Of a DNA stretch of 64,000 nt, positions 49,001 through 64,000 are shown piece by piece. The stretch is taken from positions 40,960,788-41,024,787 of the forward strand of contig CM120640.1 in NCBI GenBank assembly GCA_051362555.1. The letters are read 5' to 3'. Positions within the stretch are counted from its first letter, which is position 1. Each line of letters begins with the position of its first letter. A program made the translations under genes and the position numbers. Under the pieces are notes generated by a model. The model saw only the letters and a list, made by a program, of their open reading frames with translations. It ran no database searches and had not been told where the DNA came from. The stretch comes from Lingula anatina (taxonomy: Eukaryota > Animalia > Brachiopoda).

Positions 49001-52000
49001 TTGTTTTCCTAATCCAATGGTCACTGGTGAGCAAAAGTTCATCTTGATTTGAAACCTTTTGAAATTATATCTGCCCTTTCCATTGCACAGCTCCAAATTG
49101 TTGAACTAGATATAATTTCTGCTGCCTGCGCATAAAAAAATATTACTTCATAGGTTTTCTAATGGAAATAAATCAAATTCAATATAAACCTTTACACCAA
49201 AATATAATAATTTAAGAATTTCAAAACTATATAGGAAAATTTTTTTTTATTTGAGTGTTTTTTATACCACAGTTTCTAATTTTTTATTCATAAATATAAA
49301 AAAAAATTCTAAGGCCCAGTTCCAAATGTTGGTCAAATATGCTTGGTTTAATTGTATATGAACAACCATCTAGAAAACTATAAATGTGAAATTTGTCCAG
49401 GAACCTACTCAAAAAATAAAGACTGAGTTACAGGAATAAAAAATGAGTTATTTTCAAAAACACCACTTTTAGATTTTGAGAGATTTTGCAAGCTGAGACC
49501 ATATCTTACTTCAACAGCAATCCAAATAAGATCTATAGCAGAGTTGCCCATGACAATACTTAAAATGTAAAGGTCTATTGTCTAACATCTTATTAACAAA
49601 TGTATAACACTTGTAAACAATGAGAGTCTTTCCTATATGGTACATAGAATACACAGAGTTGGCAAATCAGCAATATGCACCCCTATAATGGACTTTTGGA
49701 GCACCCGCGTAATCACTCTCTATTTCAGATGCTAATGCATTTTTTTACCTCAAATGAGTAGTATGATTAAATTAATGCTTAAATGTATCCTTAATCTTTT
49801 TTAGCAAGACCTGTGCAGCTCAAATGCTTCAGATAATTGGGTGTCATCTGAGCATTCAACAATAAGGTTTTATATGCTTAGTTGTGCATCATTTTTATCC
49901 CTGGTCAAGTTCAGAATTCCCATTTCACTAGTTAAGCATTGAACATCAATATATAATACTGATAGTATTCCATCTGTGATGCATGTAATGGTGACTTTAC
50001 CCTAAGGTGGCTCCTGACAGCTATTTACAGTCTGCTTCATTACTCTGTCATCGGTAAATGCCATCTTCTACAAAATTGTCACCCTTTATCATTTTTGTAA
50101 TCGCCAGACCTTGTTTGAGTCCTGTCTTGTAAGTTGCTGCCATCTTTGATGTATGGAACCCCAGGGATTGGGGTTAAGGCTGAACATTAAAGAGCACTCC
50201 TCTGTGTTATCAAGCCTCTATTAACAACACCATCAACTCAAGTGTCAGGGGAGCCTATTTCTCGCCCTAATAGAGGGATTGCTTTAAGACAATAAAAGCC
50301 ACAGCAATAATGCAAGCCAAATTACAGAGGAATCATCATTATCTATCTATTCAGCCTGGGTACCAGGGGAGTTGGGAAAAGACTGGGGCTCACAAATGGA
50401 TGAACTTTAATAGTGTAATGATTTAGTCGCATGAGCTTGGGGACCCATTCCCTGATACTTAAGGCCAAGAAATCAAAAATTGTAGTGCTAAAGCTTTTAA
50501 AATTTTTATTGGCAAAATATTTCAGACAAGTTTAAAGCTTGTGGGCTGTCATATAATGTTACTTCCGGGGTATTTTTATTTGATTTCTCTATTCTCATGG
50601 CTCAATTTTTACTGAAAGGTGGCAAGGCTATCTTTTATTTGTTGATTGTCAAATGTGGCGGAACTTGTTAATCTCCCCTTCACAGGTCTCGGTGGCATGA
50701 CTCCAAAGTGGTATGAATTCCCCCATGTCTATTAATAGTGAGCTATCTTACCCCTAGGATGTCAGCATGGCTTGACCTTGAAGTCAAACTAAAGATAAAC
50801 AGAGAAGAACTCTATAGAATAATTGTTGACTTCATGTGACATCCAAGCCAGTTTGTGCCTTCACCTCTTGGCATTCTCCTGACTTGCACATCACTTGCAT
50901 ACAGCCCCCTAGGAGCACAGCTACCAAGTTGGGATAATTAGGAGCAATCTAGTTAGTCTAACCATGCTACACCTTGGAGTCCACTGTGACAGACAGCTAT
51001 TCCCAGAGAGCATCATCCGTTTTCATTACCCTAGACATCATATGAGCTAGCTGACACAAATATTGGTAATTCTGTCGTGATCGGAGAAAAGTTCAGGAAA
51101 TTCATCCCCTTATTACTTTGTTGAAATGCTGGGAGCAGGTCTCTTGGAAGTTCATCTTAGACCCGATCTATTCACCAATGGCTTGATAATTAATATAATA
51201 ACCTGCTCCATAAAATCATTAGATGAATAGATCCGTGTACAGTTTCACCTCTGAAGTCTCCATAGGAAATTTCTCTGTCAATTTTCCATTATGAGTTTAG
51301 GAAGTAAACCTGTGTTTCACAAAACTGCATCCTTTGATTGATTAATTAGTTGCTTCCTCTTGATAATAAAACTTGTATCAATACACCTGACTAGAAAACG
51401 GGTCATTTTTTTTTCAGTTTAATTTTTCATGTTCTGAAATTTATGTTTTTTAAAACAAACTAACATATTCCTTTTGATGGGAATTCGTTTTGTTGGAAAA
51501 CTATTTAAGTTAATTACAGATCATTGATTTAGATTTTAATAACAGGACCACTGTGTATTTTGTCAGTCTGTATAAATTGGAAAAGTATAAACAATTATTG
51601 TGTCTCTCTGAAAAGTACCTTTAAATAGCCCCTTTTTCATATTAACAAGTTAATATTTTATTGATATACAGACATAAATGTTTTGTATATTGGTAACTTT
51701 CTTAAGAGTCTACTGGGAGAACTGAATGGGATTTGGTGGTGTGCTATTTATGCCCACAATGACAGCCAGTAGATATACAGAGAGGAGACTCAGACTCGAG
51801 GAAAAGGAAAAAATCAATAATGTTCTGAACATGATCCCAGTTAATGCTGGTCTGAATTTTTGAACAGATAAATTTTGAATTATTGCAAAGTAAGATAGCT
51901 ATCATCTCAGTAAAAGGCAGCTTTGAGTGTGGGGTTGTGTTCTTTTTTCTGAACAAGGCAAATTTGGTCCTTTCATGTAATTGAGTTACACATGAATGCC

Positions 52001-54749
52001 AACTCTGGGATTTTCCAAGTAGCTGTATTGTTGTTGTTTTTTTTCCTACAGAGATAAGTACTTGGCTGCAGTATGTTTTGGTACGACCTGACACTTACCA
52101 AATGCCATCTGGAATTGGAAAGAAGAACAAATTTAACACTCATTTCACTATATACAGGATTTGGAAAATGAAATGGAATGGGAACTAGGTGGCTTAAACT
52201 TATTTTAGACATGTTTGGGTTTCAAAAAAGACAATCAACTGTGCAAAAAGTCAAAAAGTGGGTATAGTACAGGGTATAGTATATGAAGGAATAGTGAGAA
52301 AAAGTTCTTAGTTATAGATATTTATACAAAGGTTTTGAATAAAAAGCAAGGAACACATCCAACCACTTTAGATTCTCTCTGTGTGGCCTTAAAATTTTAC
52401 ACAAATATGATACATTCCCAGACCAAGGAATTCCTTAAATGTAAGTGTAAAAAAATCATGAAAAAAAGGAGGAATGAAGGAAAAAAGTCCTTCAGAAATT
52501 CTGTCCACAGTGCAAGTGCTCTGCTGAAAGTGCCAATAACATTCTCTGTCATATTATCTGACGCACTGAGGTCCAATTCCACAAGTCAAAACAAATACTT
52601 ACTACTTCAGTTGCAAGTGGAAGAAGTCCTCTACATACTTTCTACTAGCAATAATTCAGTGGGTTAGTATCTCATTTGACTTTAGTTTTAAAATTTGAGA
52701 AATTGGTACCCCAGTGTCTGAGAGATATGCATTTGTAAATATACAAATACTGCCATCACGAAATGTTTTCTAAAAAAAAAAAAAAAAAAAGGAAAGAAAT
52801 TAAAGTCAAAAAGTAAAGTCTCACTTGAAGAATTTGCCACCTTAAAGCAGATGAAATAAAAACAAACCACTGGAATCAAATACACCTGTTTTCAAATTCC
52901 TGTTGTGCCAGCAAAGTCTACAATTAAGAAGAAAAGGCATATCCTTTTTGCCAGTGGAATCTGAATACAAATGAAAGGAAAAATAAAAGTTAAATGCCCT
53001 AGTGTTTGTCAAACTGTAAAGGCAACAGACAATTCATTTTCCATTTTTTTAGTATCACCTGGAAATATAGCCAAAAAGAGGCATTAAAATGTAACTCTAG
53101 AAATGTTTTTAAAATGGCATTTTGGTCAAATTGACCTCTGATACAGCTTTATGTATGATAAACTAGCCTTGTGTAAAGAAGGTAAAATGATTTCAGATAT
53201 ATAAGCATACTAAAAACTTTCATGTATTGTAATCATTTATATAATATGTTAACTTGTTTGTTTGACAAGAAATATTTAAAAAACAGAATTTGGTTTGTTA
53301 CAGCCAAAAGGACATGTTTGTTGTTTTTATGGGTCAGATTTCAAATTCTACTACACCACATAAAATTAGCATGCTTTAAAAAGGACATAAAAGAGAAATT
53401 ATCCCAATTTGGATTCTGCTTATAACTCCCAACTGGCTTAACCCAAGTCATTTAACTTGTTACTCAATGACATTGCTTATCGTGAAGTAGTAAACCTTGA
53501 GGGTAGAATAATATCTGTGATTTGTGAATATTTCTCACCCCCAACACAAGCAGTGCCTCCTATTTTACACTTGTGTTGTCAGGCAGGTTACAGCTGACAG
53601 TCTCATGGGGCACTATGTTAACAAATTGTTGACAATAGAGTTAGCTACTGGTATATTGTAGTGTTCATAAGCACATAAGTGTTCCCCAGAGGTAAACATT
53701 TGGAAGAGTTATGGCCGCCAGTTCCCAAGTGGCAGATTCTAACTTACTTTTGATTATGCACTGATGTGTCAATGGCTGGAGCTTCAAACAAACCTTGCCT
53801 GATCACCAACCAACAACATAGATTTTACCAATTCTGGAAGTTTAAATAAATCATAAGGTTCTGCCTATCCTGATTGTTCTAGGGGAGGTAGAGGAAAGAA
53901 GAAACTTTGTCCCTGTCATTCTCTTTTGAGAAAAATATGCTTTTATATACTGAAGTTGACATTTGTCAATGTATATGTGATTAGTTTCTGTGATTAGTTT
54001 CAACTTTTTGACCTCCCTTTCCAGTATTTCAATAAATGATTATTTATTTTCATTAAAAGGTTGAATTAACTCATATGACAGTCCAATTCCAAAGCAATTG
54101 ATTAGAAAATTAAAAATTCTAGATCCCCCGAATTTGAAGGCAATGTCAATTTTTTTTCTGGCAAAATCAATACAAAAAGTCCTGTTATTTATCAACAAAG
54201 TGCCCACATCTGCAGACAGTGACCTGTGAAAATTACTTTCCCCTTCCATCCCACAAAATTCTAGCTCCATTCTGCCACCATGATTAAGATTCTGTAGGCA
54301 AAAGTAATTTTCCTAGAAATCAATAGTGGCGCACACACAATCGCGGGATCAGGTGTTTTAGGAATGGCCTACCCTCAAATCATTATTCACTGACCCGAGT
54401 GCAAGATGAGCCCATTCAGTTGGAGGACCATCCATATCAGAAACATTAAAAGGAAAAATGGAAGAGAGTTTTTGGGTACAATATATATCTTCTTAACCTT
54501 GCATAACAAGACACACTATCAAGATACTTTTCTTGACTGTAAATTGATACAAAAAGGCAGCCTAAAAATTTTGCTTCTTCTGATTTCTAAGAAAGATATT
54601 TGAAAACTGTAACATTTGACTTACTTTCTTAAATTTGTAATTGTTGGAGTCAATGTAGAAATAAACCTTCAACCGCTAGAATAATTTTTTTTAATCAAAA
54701 TGCACTATGAGCAAATATCATTTAACTCAAATAGTTTATTCACAAAAAT

Positions 54750-54750
<1 letters not shown>

Positions 54751-54783
<33 letters not shown>
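54751..54783. repeat. (CA)n microsatellite
   Basis: About 16 AC units seen directly. Confidence 0.95.
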
Positions 54784-54784
<1 letters not shown>

Positions 54785-57700
54785 TTAAATGTAACTGTGG
54801 GCAACGAAAAAGAACCCTAATTGCATTATCTGCAAGGCAATAGTATTATGCAATATTTGGTAATAGTGTAATGAAGGGTACAAAGAAAGAGATAAATATT
54901 CAATTAAGATGTAATTCCCTCAAAGCAAGCTGCTCGTGAGTAAACAAGGAAAGGATGCTTTGGTGCGGTCACATCTTGATTGCTATACAGTATAAAAACA
55001 ACATTAAAAAACACCATGAAGAATGTTTTTTTTTACATATTTTATTTAATGTCATCTGTATATTTATATATATGACATTAAATGAAATATATATTAAAAC
55101 AAACACCATTCCTCATTCAAAAATGAAAAAAAGTTATATTGTGCACTTTTAATACACTGCTATTCCAGTTTGACTATGTGAATACTAAAGCTACAGGCAT
55201 ATATGTACACTATTGTCCCTTAGAGAAAAATATTTTCTCCCACTCAATAAATAAGTTGTTGGCTGTCCACTTTAATAACTATTGTTTCTAACAAGAAGTT
55301 AATATGGCATGAATCAATGTCAGTGAAACTGAAGCATAAAGTTTGGGTCATTTTATGTGCCATCTGTATTGTTTTTTATTCATTATAATTTGTTCATTGT
55401 TGCTGCAAATCTTTCAGCCTACTAGTGTCATAAATGAGTTCTAAATACGTTAACATTTAAGGTCTCCCAATCTTTCCCTCTTGCTCATTTTCTGGTTCTC
55501 TCCCCCTTTTTCTCTCTAAACATGCACACAGTGGCTAATGTAGAGAGTATACATTTCCCTGCTTTGCTTATGCTAAATTGGAATTGCTGCTTGTGGTGAC
55601 AGACATACCTCAACAGCCAACTAACAAGTGTCAAAATAAGTGATACATTTCCATTCAGTAGAGTAATACCCATTGAAACAGCCAAATGCCATGTGTGGTC
55701 AAATAGTTTGTTTGAGAAAAAAAAATTGAAAAAAAAATCATAGTACAGAGAAACATTTTGAACAGATCAACACAAAATATAATAAATATTCTATATCTCA
55801 GGACTAGTTTAACACAATAATTAGTCCCAATCAGCTATTTCTGATGAAATTATTTTCTATAAATATGGTCAACAATGTACTTTATTTTTTTGGAATGTTT
55901 TGGAAAAATCATTCAACTGACAGTACATAAAAGGGTAGCCACCCTATTAAAATTGCTATAAACTGTATTAACTGTATTAAAACAGATTTAATCTACAGAC
56001 TTAATCTACAATTGTAGCAATGTCCATTTTCATCCATCTAATTTATGACAACAAATAGTTTTGAAATTAATTTGATTTATTTAGTTTCACCTCTGAAGTA
56101 AATTAAAGTGACAATTTGAATAATTTCTTAGTGCCAGTGCCATTTCACAAATCTGAGTATATTGATTTGAAACTGATTCAAAGGTTCTACAAGGTGAGAA
56201 AGTAATTTAAAAAATATCATTTTCTAAACATTTTTTCTTTTTCAGTGTTTTGGAATAAGAAAACAAATAAAGAATAGGTTGCACTAAAGTACTCTCAAGA
56301 AAAAAAGAATCACTTGATGTAAATTGTATAGAAAGCAATCAATAGGAGCACTTAGAAAAAAGAAGTGCCTGTTCTTATCGCTACAATCAGACATTACACT
56401 CATACAATTATGCAGCTTTGCCATCTGTCGTTTCTGGAAGAGAGGAACATTAAAAACAAAAGAAAGTAATTATAGTGACCTTAATGAAGAAATCTGCATA
56501 ATCCGTCTTGATGGAAACAGTTTCAGGCAGTTTAAATTGTTATATCCTGTCACTGAAATAGTATTTCTTTTTTTCATTCTTTTTTTAATTCAACAATTCA
56601 TACAACAAGGCTAATGGCTTCAATTCATTTTTGGAGCAAACTTACTTTAAACAAAGATAAAGTTATATATTAAAATTGCATGGACAGATGTTTACAAATG
56701 CACAAGAGTGATGCTGAGAAATAATGAGAGAAAAAGAGAAAGAGAGAGAGAGGTCAGGGTGGGGAGGGTAGAAGTATACATGATGAATGATATGGTTCAA
56801 AAGGTGAATGAAGTACCTCCCCACTTTCACCAATAATCCAAAATTTCATTAATGATATTTTAGCGTGTGGTTTGGTGATTGTAATTATGCCATGACAGCG
56901 TAAAAACAAACGGGGTGGTAATCAAAACTGGCAGATAATTTATTAACGAAACAAAAAGTGTGATAGGAGCATGCAAAACTTATGTTAACCTACCTAACAG
57001 AAGGCTTTTACCATGCAAATGAAAATGAAAGAAAAACTCATTTTCTTCTTTCATTGATCTGGCAGGGCAATGGCGTCAACATCATGTACAATTCAAATTA
57101 TCATGGTAATAACCTTTAGCAAGGTTATTAAAGTAACTGATTAAAACTTTTTATTTGCTCCTTATAGCTATTGGAAAAGTGAAAGTGCTCCTCAGAAAAC
57201 ATACTTTTCTCCATTACCATACCGTAACTCATCTTAGAACACAAGTTTTTCCATTTACGACTTATCAGGCAAGTGTCACGCAAGCCCCATGACACCTGGT
57301 TGTCATAGTTACAAAACTTTGCCAGGGTCACAAAGTATTGGTAAGCATGTGATACCACCATCATTTTGCTGCCAGGTAATTCACCCAAAGGAATTACATA
57401 GAGAACAGATGATCAGTTAAAAGGTCAAACAGCAAATTTGTGTAATACTCAATTGTCCGTGTCCAGTTTTATTTAGCAATAAAGAGGCCACCTGAGACTT
57501 CAGGTATGTACACATGGCTGATGAGGGATATCAACAAGCAGATATCAAGGGTGCTTAAATGAACATTGTCACACACAACTTTCTTCATAACTGTTTGAAG
57601 AAATATGCAGTGCCAAACCCACTCCCAAAATCCAATTTAAATTGATATTTATAGTTGCATGTCATATATGATTTCAATGCTTTTTTTCCATATGAGTAGT

Positions 57701-60700
57701 TATGTAACGAGACAAAAAAATCGATATTTGACATTTTTGACACACACATACTGATAAACGATAGGTATTCAATTAAGATAAAATGAAACTTCAGAGATTA
57801 TGTTAAGAAGCACATATGTATATTGGTATAATTTTAAATTGCACAGTTTTTCATAAAAAATATAAAATATTCAAACAAACAGAACATTTGCGATTTCATA
57901 AAAAATATCATTTCCCAATCATTTCCCTCATGAATCCCATCTTCTGTTTACTGTGTTACACCCTTTGTTTTAAGCAATATAGTTGATCAGCTTGCCACAT
58001 GCCATGTTTGCATTATTTATTGATAGTTATTGTGTCGAAAGTACACGCACTGGACTCTTATATTATTGATATTGTGTATGCTTTGCCTGCTTATCTCAGT
58101 ATGGCCCAGTGGTAATTTACATGTGATTTTTGTATTTGTGACAACCTAACTTTGTGCCTGACGCTTATCAGCAAGATCACATGGCAGCGTGTGGATGATG
58201 TCAATTATTTTGAAACATTTTCCCAGAGAAAAACTAATTATATCTTATCTAAGTGATCTCTAGAGTTGAAAACAGAAAAAATGAAAATCATGAGTGTTTT
58301 TCAAACGTGGGTCTCTCTGAGTCACATTGATAATGACAGCTAAGCTGTGTTGTGTGCTTTGATGAATGCTGTGGGTGTAGACTTAGGGTATAAGAGAATG
58401 AATCTTGAATAATATATAATTATGAATATTTACTAAAGGACATACATATCACGTGAAAAGAAAGTTATATTTTTGATGATTCCATTAATAATGAAAATCA
58501 CATTAAGAATTTCTAAAATAACTACTTTTGAAAAAGTTAAAAAACTTTTATTTTCACAAATAGTGATTAACAGATATTTATCTTCAACCCAAGAACTGGA
58601 AAAGAAAACAAACTCTAATATCCTTATTTCGATGAGGCATAGGAATTTGTTTTCTCTCCCTTTCTCTCTCTCTCAGTGCAGATAAATTCTCATTCTCATT
58701 TTCACTTCTAACAAATCCGACCAGAATTCGATACTGAATTATATCCCACCCCTCTCTTGGGATCTCCTGGTTTGTGTAGAATTGAGAAAAAGTTCATTAG
58801 TGCATGGCTCTGGAAGTTTTCATCACAGCAGCTATTGACCCTCTCCAAGTAAGGTATGATTGCATTAAAATGACCATGTGCGTGCTGGTTGTTATGGCAA
58901 CAAATCTGAATAGAGTGCTTCTAGACATTGTGAAATACTAGGTGAATGATGTAGCCCAAGTCCTTAAGTGGGAAAATGAGAAGAAAATTTTACGGTTTGT
59001 GTAAATGTTCTTTTCCTAGAAATTTATTTTCTGCTATAAAAGCTTTTTACATGTTTGACAGCATAATCAATCTTAGGAGCTTTCCTGTTTTTTTTTAGTC
59101 TTGAGAAAATGGGGCAAGAGACACATGGAGAGGTTAATTTTCCACACCAAAAAAAAAAAAAAAAAAAAAAAAAAATTGTCAGATTGTTCAAAATAACCAT
59201 AACAAAGTCATCTCTGACCATATTTTCAGAAGTATTAGACTCATTATGAAAAATATCTTGTTAAACAAATTGTTATGTATTCATGGAGAAAAAATGTCCA
59301 CATATCACATTCATTTACCCTGTTAATATCTGCTTGTAAAAATTGTGAAAGATGACATAAAAAGATTTTTTTAATAAACAATTACATTACATGCTGCGGG
59401 AATTATGAAAAACTATTTGTTTAATTTGTATATTTAGCATTATTTTGGTGCCTGTTGCCATGGGATATTTCCATCCATTAATATCTGACCAGCCCTTGTG
59501 TTGAGCGGAAGTCCTTTGAGGGAGAGACGCAGCCAAAATGGACAGTGATAATAAGCTGTGATTTGTTTGTTAATTTACCTTCGTGTCCACTGAGGCTGAA
59601 CAGAAGGTGCAAAGTCATAGAGATGTTAATTACCAAAGCACAGGGGGCATAGGGATAGCAGGGGCTCAGCCAATTAACTTGCATTATTAACAGATTCATC
59701 CCAACACCATTGGAGTCCACTGAGAATTGTGGAAAATCAAGAACTCAAGTAATGATCACAGCAGTTTTCACACCTGAGTAAGACCAAACAACTAGGCTGT
59801 CACATTCCCCACGGTCTATCTATCAGTATTAAACTGATAAAGATAATGCAATGGAGACTACTTGGGCCCACTTGCAACTAATGTTCTTCAGATCTACATG
59901 TAATATTCCCCTAATAAGTAAATGGCTGTACACTTTCACTGGTGGTAACACACTGCTGCAGCTGTAATTCCCCAAAAATTTAGAAGAATGACAATGGGAT
60001 CAAATTGATGTATTGTTACATATTAGTTGACATGACATATTAGCACCAATGCAATCAGGTTCTCATAAGAGGACCTTAATTTTTTCGTGTCTACTGGATA
60101 CCCTACCATTTTATCATACCTTTCGGATTGTGGACATAGGATTAATTTATATATTGGTTTCTGCTCATATACCCCGGTACTTACATCAATATTATCATAA
60201 ATTATAATCATAACTCACAGTGTTGTTTTCAGCCAAAGACAAGAAAACATAAGCTGTAACAGTTAGACAAACATTTCGGGCCTAAAGCTTTGTTTATTAA
60301 ACTATTCATCAAATTGAACACCAAAAATTGGACTTTTTGTCATGACATGCACATGATTTCTAGCCTATAACATTGTGTCAGGGTGTATTTCAGTAGAACT
60401 TGTCCTGATATTTGTTTCAACTTCACTTAGTTCTTGTTGGTTTTTAAGTTATCATCATCCTAATAAATTTACTACAATGCATATTCAAATCATCCCATAC
60501 ATACAAAATGATACAAGTTTGGAAGAGTGGCACATTTAAGAATGGTTTTTGAGTTTTGTTTTTGAGTCTGGACATGTCAAGAAATGCTGTCAAGCATTCT
60601 CAGAAATATTCTGGAGGAAATGGTTATTGTTTCATTTTCTCAATTACCATTCTAGGACACTGATATTTCCCTGTGACTAATTACATTTTTCCTGCGCTGG

Positions 60701-63700
60701 ATATCTTTTTTATGGTTTGCATTCTCATTTGCACATTAAGGACTTGATCATCAAATTGTGACACCATAGCTTAATCAACATTCTTTGTTTTCTTTGAATT
60801 AATAGGACAGCCATCAATTTCACAACTAATTGAAGTGTGTAAGGAAAATTACTATAATGAGCTGTTTGCATGAGAGCCGGAATATTATGATGATAGTTAG
60901 TGCCTGCAAGCATGGTTAGCTGCCTGCCACAGACTTGGATATGTGATGCATTCACTCCGTATTGACGGATATAGATGTAGTGTCGAAATCTAAAAGAAGT
61001 ACAATTTCATCAAAGTCATACTAATATTATACATATATTGATGTTATGGTTATGACAATGTCTTCAAAGATTTCCCAATGGAGAGAATATTTAAGGTAAC
61101 GGAAATAATTTCATTACCTATTTACCCTTTTACTTCTGTCAAAATTAGCAATTGCTCTGGGACACTTAAGAATGTGTTTGGTTTAATTTTACTCCTGTGT
61201 AAGATCTTACACATACCTGAAGTTGTGAAAGTTGAAACGTACAGAAAATTAAAATATGGCTAATACAGATTTCTTTTTTTAATTTCATTTTCTTTTTCAA
61301 GTCTGCAGTTATCAACTTGGCCTGTTTGTTTGATCTTTGCATGAGGTATGACCAATGTTTTCATATCCCTATTCAGTTCATTTCCTTTCTGAGAAACAGA
61401 AGTGTGTCCCAGGTAAATGAGAAGCATGCCCGGATTTCCCGGAGGTAGATATAACCACCTCTTTCCAACCCAGGGTGAGGGTGTCTTGACTGAAGTGCGT
61501 GCCAATCAAACACAAGCTTTACGCTTCCTTGCACCCCCAGATTCAATTGAGTTCTGCTGCTTTCTTAAACTCTGTCTAATGCTGGCTTGAGATAATAGAA
61601 AATCAATGGAATATGCAAGGATGGGTTCTTTTATCTTAGCAAAACCACAGCCCAGCTTGACTTAACCACTGAATCAAATTCCACGCCTGACTGAGCCTAA
61701 CCGTTCAATTCGATAATAAACACTCAAGAGTAAATTTATCTTTCTTTATAGTGCGTGTGCCAATTTCCGAGTTTCAAATGCTATAATTTAATGTTTCAAT
61801 CATCACAGGCGGTAATGTATGAGTGTTTGCTATTGAAAGCACTATCATTAAATCAACACTCCCCATGAAAATTTTATACAATTTATGAAGTGCATTCTAG
61901 CTTTTGTGTGCATTAAAAACCCCAAATAATATGCTGGATGAACCTTTTGTGCTTGTCTAATTCAATCGGTTTCCTAAATGTCTATCATATGCATTAATCT
62001 GCTGAGTAGATTTTATCAAAATGAGTTCAAATAACTGTCCCTGTGTCTCTGCGACAGAGGAAATATTGACTACCAGTACAGTGTTATCCAAAATAATGGT
62101 CCCCATACATCTTCAAAGCAATCCTTACAATCACAGTGCCCTGAACATTGATAATCAATTAACTTCCATAATCCAAGAATCAACTTGATCACTTTAAGGC
62201 CCTACAAGTGAATAGTTAATATTTTGAGCATTTTCACGGGAAAGCTGGTACTTGTTTTTGTCCCATTCATGGCTTGATCACATAAGCCTTGTATTCTTCT
62301 TCCTCCAGTGCAATCAAGCTATCACTTCATTACTTGCCAGTAAATTAGATGACAACAAAACCTATCCAACCATCAGCCTGCCAAAGGGAAGATAATTAAT
62401 CTCTGATTCAAATGCATGTAATTGATTCTAGTGATCTCCAGGAAAATGGGCAGGAAGAATCTAGTCGCAAAACAATACCAATGTGATTGATCTTTTCCTG
62501 AATAAGTTCTCTTTTGATACTTTTAATGAAATATTACTAAATAATGAGGTCTTTTAATGAAAGCAAAAATATCTCAATAAAAAAGTTACAAGAAAAATTA
62601 TCTTAACAACAACAGCAATTGATAAAAAGGTTATATGCTTGATGTCTGAATACGTGCAGCCTGTTTACCAAATGTGTTAATGTTGCTGATTAAAAAAAAT
62701 GTCTTCATAATGAACTTTTTTAGCATTATGATTTTTACTTCCAAGAAAAAGAATTATGACAATACAGTAATCCAATACTTTTTGGTAAAGGCAGTAATTT
62801 ATCATTTCATATCATTTGTAAGAAGCAAAGATGAAGTAAATGTGTTATCATACTTAACAATATTTGCTTGCTGCAAGATTATACTAATGGAATAGTTCAG
62901 ACAAAGTGTCAGTTTCTTTGAAAGACCATGTACCTTATTTTAAGTGGTGGAAAGGGTATTAAAAAGGCCATGCAGCAAATAACTTTTCCTTGAAATATTA
63001 TTTCCTTGAAAAAATACTTTCACTTTCAATATCTTAAGTTGTGAAATGAAATCATTTAATGTACCATTTGGCATATAACTTTATTATTAAAGCAAATGAG
63101 CATGCAAAAATTTGAAGCATTTAATTAAAAAAATTGATTTGTTTTCAATTTGAAAACAAAAACAATTATTGTGTTGCATTGCAGCAGTGGAACAGTAGCT
63201 CTATCAGACTCCCACACTGACTCTCCATCAGGCTTGCTACCTCATATTTTGATTACTGTTGATCATGATCAGCTTTGGGAATTCCACAGGTCAGAGAGTC
63301 TTGCACAAATCTGAGCAAAACATGAAGTCTGGGATAAGTGATAACTCCCTCCATCTGCTGTGACACTGCCACCTCCCTCAGGTGTTGTTACCCATCCTCT
63401 GAGCTCATTAGAAATTAAAATGCCTCATCTTTGATCGCATTGGATTGTTCCAACGCAACTTGAGAAGTTCACTGATCTGCCTTGATCACATGTCACACTT
63501 AGTATGACACAGGGCACTTCCCTGTGGTAGTCGCGATTCACAGAGGACACATAATTCCTATCCAAATGACAGTAAACTTGGTTAAAAGCCCCCTTGTGTG
63601 TTTAGCTTCATTGAATTGTTGCCTCTCAATTGTCTAAGCAAAAAGCAGTGTCTGGTTTTCTGCAATGTTAAACACTTGTAGTGCATATTTCTTTGCATGC

Positions 63701-64000
63701 GACAAATAGTTCTCATGAAAAAAATAATGGGGGGATCACAGTAGGAGTTTGAATAAATTTTTTTTTAGCAGTTTTGTCCTCACATATTTTTTTTATTGAA
63801 CACAAAAGTTAATGATCAGATTCCTTGAAAGGAAAAGGATTTGTTGGCCAAAACTGAGAGGGGTGTCATTTTATATCTCAAGGGAATAACGTGCACATCT
63901 ATGTTTGAATATTACCTGTTTGGACAACCTGCAGGGCCAAATGATAAGACTATCTACTTTCACGTACCCTTTGCTTTCATGTACCCTATCTCAAAAGCAC

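Noticed and set aside
51241-56099. Exact 17-mer AGTTTCACCTCTGAAGT at 51241 and 56083
   Set aside because: One match of this length is plausible by chance in 64 kb of AT-rich DNA, and the flanks do not align.
44800-64000. Many 60-116 aa ORFs in the ORF track
   Set aside because: Low-complexity, AT-driven translations with no recognisable domain or consistent exon chain.

Overview
AT-rich, intron-rich animal genomic DNA, probably a lophotrochozoan such as a mollusc (inferred from repeat types and CpG pattern, not proven). The left 27 kb is a compact cluster of five spliced genes reconstructed exon by exon from GT-AG junctions: a divergent major vault protein gene (MVP, minus strand, runs off the left edge), BUB3 (+), DPCD (-), CIAO1 (-) and CFAP206 (+). 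MVP/BUB3 and CIAO1/CFAP206 are head-to-head pairs. About 27-44.7 kb is a CpG-rich domain holding the upstream region and first six coding exons of a collier/Olf/EBF (COE) transcription factor gene (+). The rest of the window is COE intron 6 (>21 kb, continues past the right edge), which becomes abruptly CpG-poor at about 44.8 kb. Most notable: an apparent two-promoter, two-start-codon COE architecture resembling mammalian Ebf1; a sharp CpG boundary inside intron 6 with a CTCF-like site nearby; orphan exon-like segments upstream of COE; an in-frame duplicate of the BUB3 C-terminus just after its stop codon; and BUB3/DPCD/EBF linkage shared with human 10q. No CRISPR array, rRNA, intact tRNA or intact transposon was found.
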